From the NCBI GenBank assembly GCA_963786955.1, contig CAWBAT010000009.1:288001-352000 (forward strand): DNA of 64,000 nucleotides, read 5' to 3'. The notes under the pieces are model-generated. The model did not search any database, had not been told where the DNA came from, and saw nothing but the letters and a program-made list of their open reading frames with translations. Source of the stretch: an uncultured Acidimicrobiia bacterium (GTDB lineage Bacteria; Acidobacteriota; Terriglobia; Versatilivoradales; Versatilivoraceae). The first letter of the stretch is position 1, and each line of letters begins with the position of its first letter. The position numbers and the translations under genes are program-made. Below, one piece after another: positions 63,552 to 64,000 of this stretch.

Positions 63552-64000
63552 CTATTGGCTGGGAAGGTTTTTGAGAATTTCTTTGGCCTCGGCATTCCCA
63601 GGTTCAAGATCCAAGGCAATCAATGCCTCGGCCTTAGCCTCTTCCATTCGGTTCAGAGAAAGGTAGAGATGAGAAAGTTGGAGTCGAGCCGATGCACTTT
63701 CCTGCAACCACACGGCGGCACGGAGCTCCGAGATTGCTTTGTCCTTCTCTCCTTTGGCCTCCAGCACTCTGGCCATGATGAGTCTCGCTTCGATCGACTG
63801 GGGCGCGTCTTGGATGATTCTCATGAGTAACTGCTCCGCCTTATCCAGCTGTTTTGCCGCCAAACTCTGTTTAGCCAGTTCGATTCCCTCACGAATCTTT
63901 TCCTTTTCCGTTCGGGGACCTTCTTTCCATTCCTTGATTTGTCGGATCTGCAATTGAAGCTGCTTTAGACTGGATTCGTCGAAGTGTGTTTGGATCCGAA
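63552..64000 (-). CDS. TPR protein (5' partial)
   Basis: TPR helices, ALDLEPGNAEA; runs off the window. Confidence 0.8.
   Translation of the reverse strand, partial: RIQTHFDESSLKQLQLQIRQIKEWKEGPRTEKEKIREGIELAKQSLAAKQLDKAEQLLMRIIQDAPQSIEARLIMARVLEAKGEKDKAISELRAAVWLQESASARLQLSHLYLSLNRMEEAKAEALIALDLEPGNAEAKEILKNLPSQ

Overview
Bacterial chromosomal window, probably Acidobacteriota (inferred from gene families: Oar-type TonB receptor, wHTH-TPR regulator, MacB-like permease, PSD1/DUF1501 pair). Bases 1 to ~17,000 are an accessory mosaic next to the 3' end of tRNA-Asn(GTT). It holds a 45-bp att duplication, two decayed tyrosine integrases each ending 33 nt before a TGGCTCC core, a solitary integron cassette (DUF3303 plus attC), three copies of a dif-like motif at cargo junctions, an intact IS630, a 608-bp duplication and several pseudogenes. 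It also holds an unannotated 38-aa Pro/Glu peptide translationally coupled to a CxCGIYA-motif protein, my best candidate for an undescribed system. Bases ~17,000-64,000 are core-like: rpsT, a TonB receptor divergent from mntR-mscS-mntH-usp with a DtxR-type operator, two peptidases, GH78, a 2-hydroxyacid dehydrogenase, PSD1/DUF1501, asparaginase-alaX-thrC, a HEPN-fused sulfite/nitrite reductase, an extended cus-type efflux operon, xylonate dehydratase, lnt, SPOR, SPFH/NfeD. Many single-base frameshifts are probably sequencing errors. No CRISPR array or rRNA was seen. All family calls come from recognising motifs by eye; no searches were run.
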